Part shown: in pieces, positions 60,206 through 64,000 of the stretch
Layout of the letters: each line of letters begins with the position of its first letter
Numbering within the stretch: the stretch's first letter is position 1
NCBI RefSeq assembly: GCF_001194135.2
Contig: NC_068999.1
Coordinates: forward strand, 2,940,975-3,004,974
DNA from: Octopus bimaculoides
Lineage: Eukaryota
DNA: 64,000 nt
Direction: 5' to 3'
The notes under the pieces: model-generated
The model's input: the letters and a program-made list of their open reading frames with translations, nothing else
Told to the model about the DNA's origin: nothing
Databases searched by the model: none
Position numbers and translations under genes: made by a program

Positions 60206-61699
60206 AGTATTAACATTATTATTATTATTTTAAGTGAAAAGAGTTGCTTTTTGTCCTGTCTGAATCACTGTTTCATTCAAGGCCATACGTCACAAACTTT
60301 TGGAAGTAGGCATCAGTCGTTTAGTCCCATTGAATTATTGAGACATTTAGGCTGGAAGAGGTCTTATGTTTTAACTTCTGCTGGTACATATAATTTACTG
60401 CTATGGCATTACCTTTTACCATATATTCTATGCTGGTCAGCCAAACATAATTGAAACTGAAAACTGCGAGAAACCAAACAAGCAAGGCATTTGAGTCAAG
60501 CTCCATTTTCTCTCTATAGTTTCTGTTCACCATCACTGAAAGGAAGTGAAGTTATGAATAAAACACCACACACAGGTGTATACACAAAAATGCACACACT
60601 CACACACATATATATACATATTGCATATATGTATACATACACACACATTCATGCATGTACACATACATTCATATATATACACATATGTAGACACATATAC
60701 AGACATGAATTTATACATAGACTCATACAGACATACAAACATGCATATATTCACACACATATACAAATACATACATACATACATATATATATATATACAT
60801 ACATATACACATACATATACACACATTCAAATATAACCGAAATAGTTTTTCTAAATATTTGAAAACAGCAACAACCACAGGAAAAAAGAACAACTCAATG
60901 AAATGTTTTCTTAATTTTATTTATTTAATTACCATTTGAAAACGTGGGAATGTTTCAAATCAAATTAATATTTGTCATTTTATATTTTTTAAACTGATTT
61001 TGTTTTGTTTTTGTTTTTTCAAAGGATGATTAATGATGAAATGCTTTTCATTTTTCTTTGTGATTTTCTTATTTTGTCCATATTTTTCAAATAATGACAT
61101 TTTCAGTTAACGACTTGATGCCAAGTCAGTCACATTTGTTAAGTTCTTTGTATTTTCTTCTTTAGTCTTTCAAATCTCAACAAATCTTACTGCTTAGCTC
61201 AGATGGACAAGTATGTTTACCATTCTTACATGAACAATTATACAAGACACATTTATGAATAAAGCTGAAGTGTTCTGTGTAATACATGGTGCCATTCACT
61301 TTACAACCTGCACAAATAGAAAGAACAGAAAAAGCATTGAATCAAAATCTTGAATGGCAAAATAATAAAATAAGAGATTTGTTTTGATTGACATTGTTAT
61401 AATGGTAAATAAACATGACAATAATTATTTATTGTGCAAACACAGCAAACTGTTTCTCTGAGATCAAATCAATAACTGAATATCATTATTGGTATATATA
61501 TTTGGATATTGATGTGGTCGCATGAAAAACCCTAACCCCTAACCCAACAGTGATGGAGATGGGAAGATATACACTTTTCAATTCATGGAGGAGTGGAGCT
61601 TACAGCATTTAATTACCTCCTCCAACTAGGACTAATCAAGGAACCCCACTAATCTTGGTTCACCCTAACCACAAAGGGCACAAGTCCTTACCCAACTGT

Positions 61700-62350
61700 T
61701 GTCTCCAGCCTATAATTGCATTTAGAGTAGCTCCATTTACCCTAACTGTTTTCATCACAAACAGCCACCTTTTGACAAATCCCATGGGGGTGGGGCATTT
61801 TCTTCTCCATCCTCACTTTCTTTTCTAAATGGAACTTATAAAAGTGGATGAGGGATACACTCAGGAGGAAGGCGTCTTTCAGCCTTGTCCATCACACGGC
61901 CACTTTCTCAATAGCTATGGACAGAAGAATATTACTTAGCCTGCCTTATAAAAGGTAGGCAATGGGATGATCTTACTGCCAACCAATAAATGGATCTGAC
62001 AACAATTGTTCGACACAACTTCACAAGCCAGCAATGCTCATGAATGTGTGAAGTATGGTTTTATCACTCTGCATGTATCTCAAACCTGGTGGCACTTCCA
62101 TGCCTGTGGAGTTTGTTTAAAATTGATAAGGAGCCTCAATAGAACTGTCAAGCTGAGAATATATGTAAGCGACCCATAGAAGTCTCTGGTCCAAAATTCT
62201 TCTGGAACAGACCAGCTAGTTTGTCCTCATGGATGCTTGGAGTTTTCCCAAGAATTTCATTCTCTTTACTCACCACTAGATCTCCATATATTACCTACAT
62301 AAAACTTCCACTGTGTGTAATTGCCCAACTGGTAGAGAGAAGTAGGCAAC
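61700..62350 (-). mobile_element. Degenerate L1/Tx1-like LINE 3' fragment
   Basis: Frameshifted minus-strand peptides FYKFHLEKKVRME and GFVKRWLFVMKTVRVNGATL resemble the Tx1 ORF2 C-terminus. Confidence 0.45.
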
Positions 62351-62597
62351 TGACAACATTCCAGGTTCCAGGGTATCTTACCTTGGTCTTTCCTTGATCC
62401 AGGAGATGAAGATAAGGCAGAATCATACAAAATGAATTGTGTCATTTATCATTATTTCAACATTAACTGAACCTGAAGGCTTTATCATTAGTTATAACAT
62501 CTCCACCACCTAACAATTTTTGATATTTTCTTGTAAGATTTATGAGTTTATTTTAAATATTTCATTAAATATATTTCCATTTGATAACATCGCTTTA

Positions 62598-63364
62598 TAT
62601 GAGGGTGAGTCAAGAAGTAATTCCATTTTCTTTATTTCATGTGAAGTTTTTAATAAAAATAACTGGAGATTTTCTCAGTTATAAATGATTATATCATTTA
62701 TGTTCTGAAATATTTTGTTTCCTACTTTTCAGGTTTTTAGACTAGTAAGGAAAATTCAAAATGGCTGCCCCCCTTAGAGTTACTTCAAAAACAAAGAGTA
62801 GTGATTGAATTTCTTGTTGCTGAGGGGGAAACACCTGTAAACATTCACCGACGATTACAAAATGTCTTTGAGGACAATGCTTTAGATTATAGCAATGTAT
62901 GCAGGTGGGTCCGTCGTCTGAAAGATGAGAAGGTGGGAACTGTGAGTGTAGCCGATAAACTCCCTTTCTGCCCATCCGTCCGCTTCTGTGAATCCTGCCA
63001 ATAAATCAAAAGCAGATGCTCTGATCAGAGAAGACAGGCGCTTAACTCTTGATGAGATGGCAGAAAACCTTGAAGTGAGCCATGGAAGTGCTTACAACAT
63101 TGTCGAATCACTTGGCTTGATGAGGAAGTGAAAACTGTAGTGAAGAAATGGCTCAAAGAACAGTCAACAGAATTTTACGGGGCAGGGATACATGCTCTCA
63201 TTCGAAGGTGGAACATTGTTATTGAGAGAAACAGTGACTATGTTGAGAAGTAGGGATGTGATCCACAGAGGACCGGCTTCATTTTGATGTATGATACATG
63301 TTCCTGTGTTGGTAATTATACCTGTCCTAAACAAAATGCCATTACCTTTTGACTCACCTTCGTA
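62598..63364 (+). mobile_element. Internally deleted mariner (Tc1/mariner) transposon
   Basis: TIRs tatgagggtgagtcaagaagtaa / ttaccttttgactcaccttcgta with TA ends. Transposase N-terminal HTH (IEFLVAEGETPVNIHRRLQNVFEDNALDYSNVCRWVRRLK; ADALIREDRRLTLDEMAENLEVSHGSAYNIV) is joined directly to the C-terminus (DEEVKTVVKKWLKEQSTEFY...RRWNIVIERNSDYVEK*). The DDD catalytic core is deleted. Confidence 0.88.
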
Positions 63365-63564
63365 TATTTGCATTTTATATCTTGATAAGTGCTACAACCA
63401 GAATTATATTTTCTAATTTTTTTTTTGTGTGTGTCATCCTGCTTCTGTTTTATATCCCTATTTAAATACCGTTGCAGAACACATTAAATAACAATTAAAT
63501 GAAACAATTTCGTTTAATGCATTTCTATGATAATTAATGACACAAATAATATGAAGAGGTTCAA

Positions 63565-63802
63565 AGGCGGTCAGCTGGTCAGTTGGCAGAAATGTTAGCA
63601 CGCTGCATGAAATGCTTAGCGGTATTTCATCTGCTCAGTATTTCGACCCCCAGTGTTCAGCTGGTACTTATTTCATCAACCCCCGAAAAGATGAAAAGCA
63701 AAGTCGACCTTGGTGGAATTTGAACTCAGAACATAGCAACAAGCGAAATACTGCTAAGCATTTTGTCCAGTGTGTTAACAACTCTGCCAGCTCACCGCCT
63801 TA
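63565..63802. mobile_element. Rearranged family B SINEs: plus-strand head (63565-63635) fused to a minus-strand copy (63640-63802)
   Basis: aaggcggtcagctggtcagttggcagaaatgttagc followed by cgacccccagtgttcagctggtacttatttc...ctgccagctcaccgcctt. Confidence 0.7.
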
Positions 63803-63811
63803 TAAATAACA

Positions 63812-63854
<43 letters not shown>

Positions 63855-64000
63855 TAGTAGTAGTAGTAGTAGTAGTAGTAACAATAATAATATGTGAGGC
63901 AATACATGAGGAAAGACTTACCTATAAAGCGTGCATCATGAGTGTTGGTTAAAACTGTTGTGGAAGGAGGAGGATGAGGAGGAGGAGAAGGAGATTCTGT

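Noticed and set aside
61528-61546. Telomere-like (CCCTAA) repeats
   Set aside because: Only about two imperfect units; not significant.

Overview
Eukaryotic, AT-rich, microsatellite- and SINE-dense genomic window with scaffold N gaps (about 603-1149, 2724-3104, 8048-8667, 9358-10286, 10911-11336, 15643-15915, 49490-49759, plus short ones). The repeat families and composition look like a coleoid cephalopod (Octopus); this is inference. Three spliced genes can be rebuilt in frame by hand: MBLAC1-like metallo-beta-lactamase (minus, 5 coding exons, 208 aa), TGS1 RNA cap trimethylguanosine synthase (plus, 10 coding exons, 1042 aa) and a SAMD10/SAMD12-like SAM-domain gene (minus, 5 coding exons, about 173 aa). 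A 276-aa uninterrupted orphan ORF lies on the minus strand, with an apparent decayed paralog about 6 kb away. Most other long ORFs in the track are microsatellite or N-gap artefacts. The best leads are: a U12-type AT-AC intron in TGS1, the enzyme that caps minor-spliceosome snRNAs; an SPPW-to-DPPW change in the TGS1 catalytic motif; several minimal type-I hammerhead ribozyme motifs, including a large palindrome carrying two inverted hammerheads in a TGS1 intron; a pre-miRNA-like hairpin upstream of MBLAC1; fold-back MITEs; and two AP-1 plus DR1 motif clusters. All calls were made by eye, without database searches.
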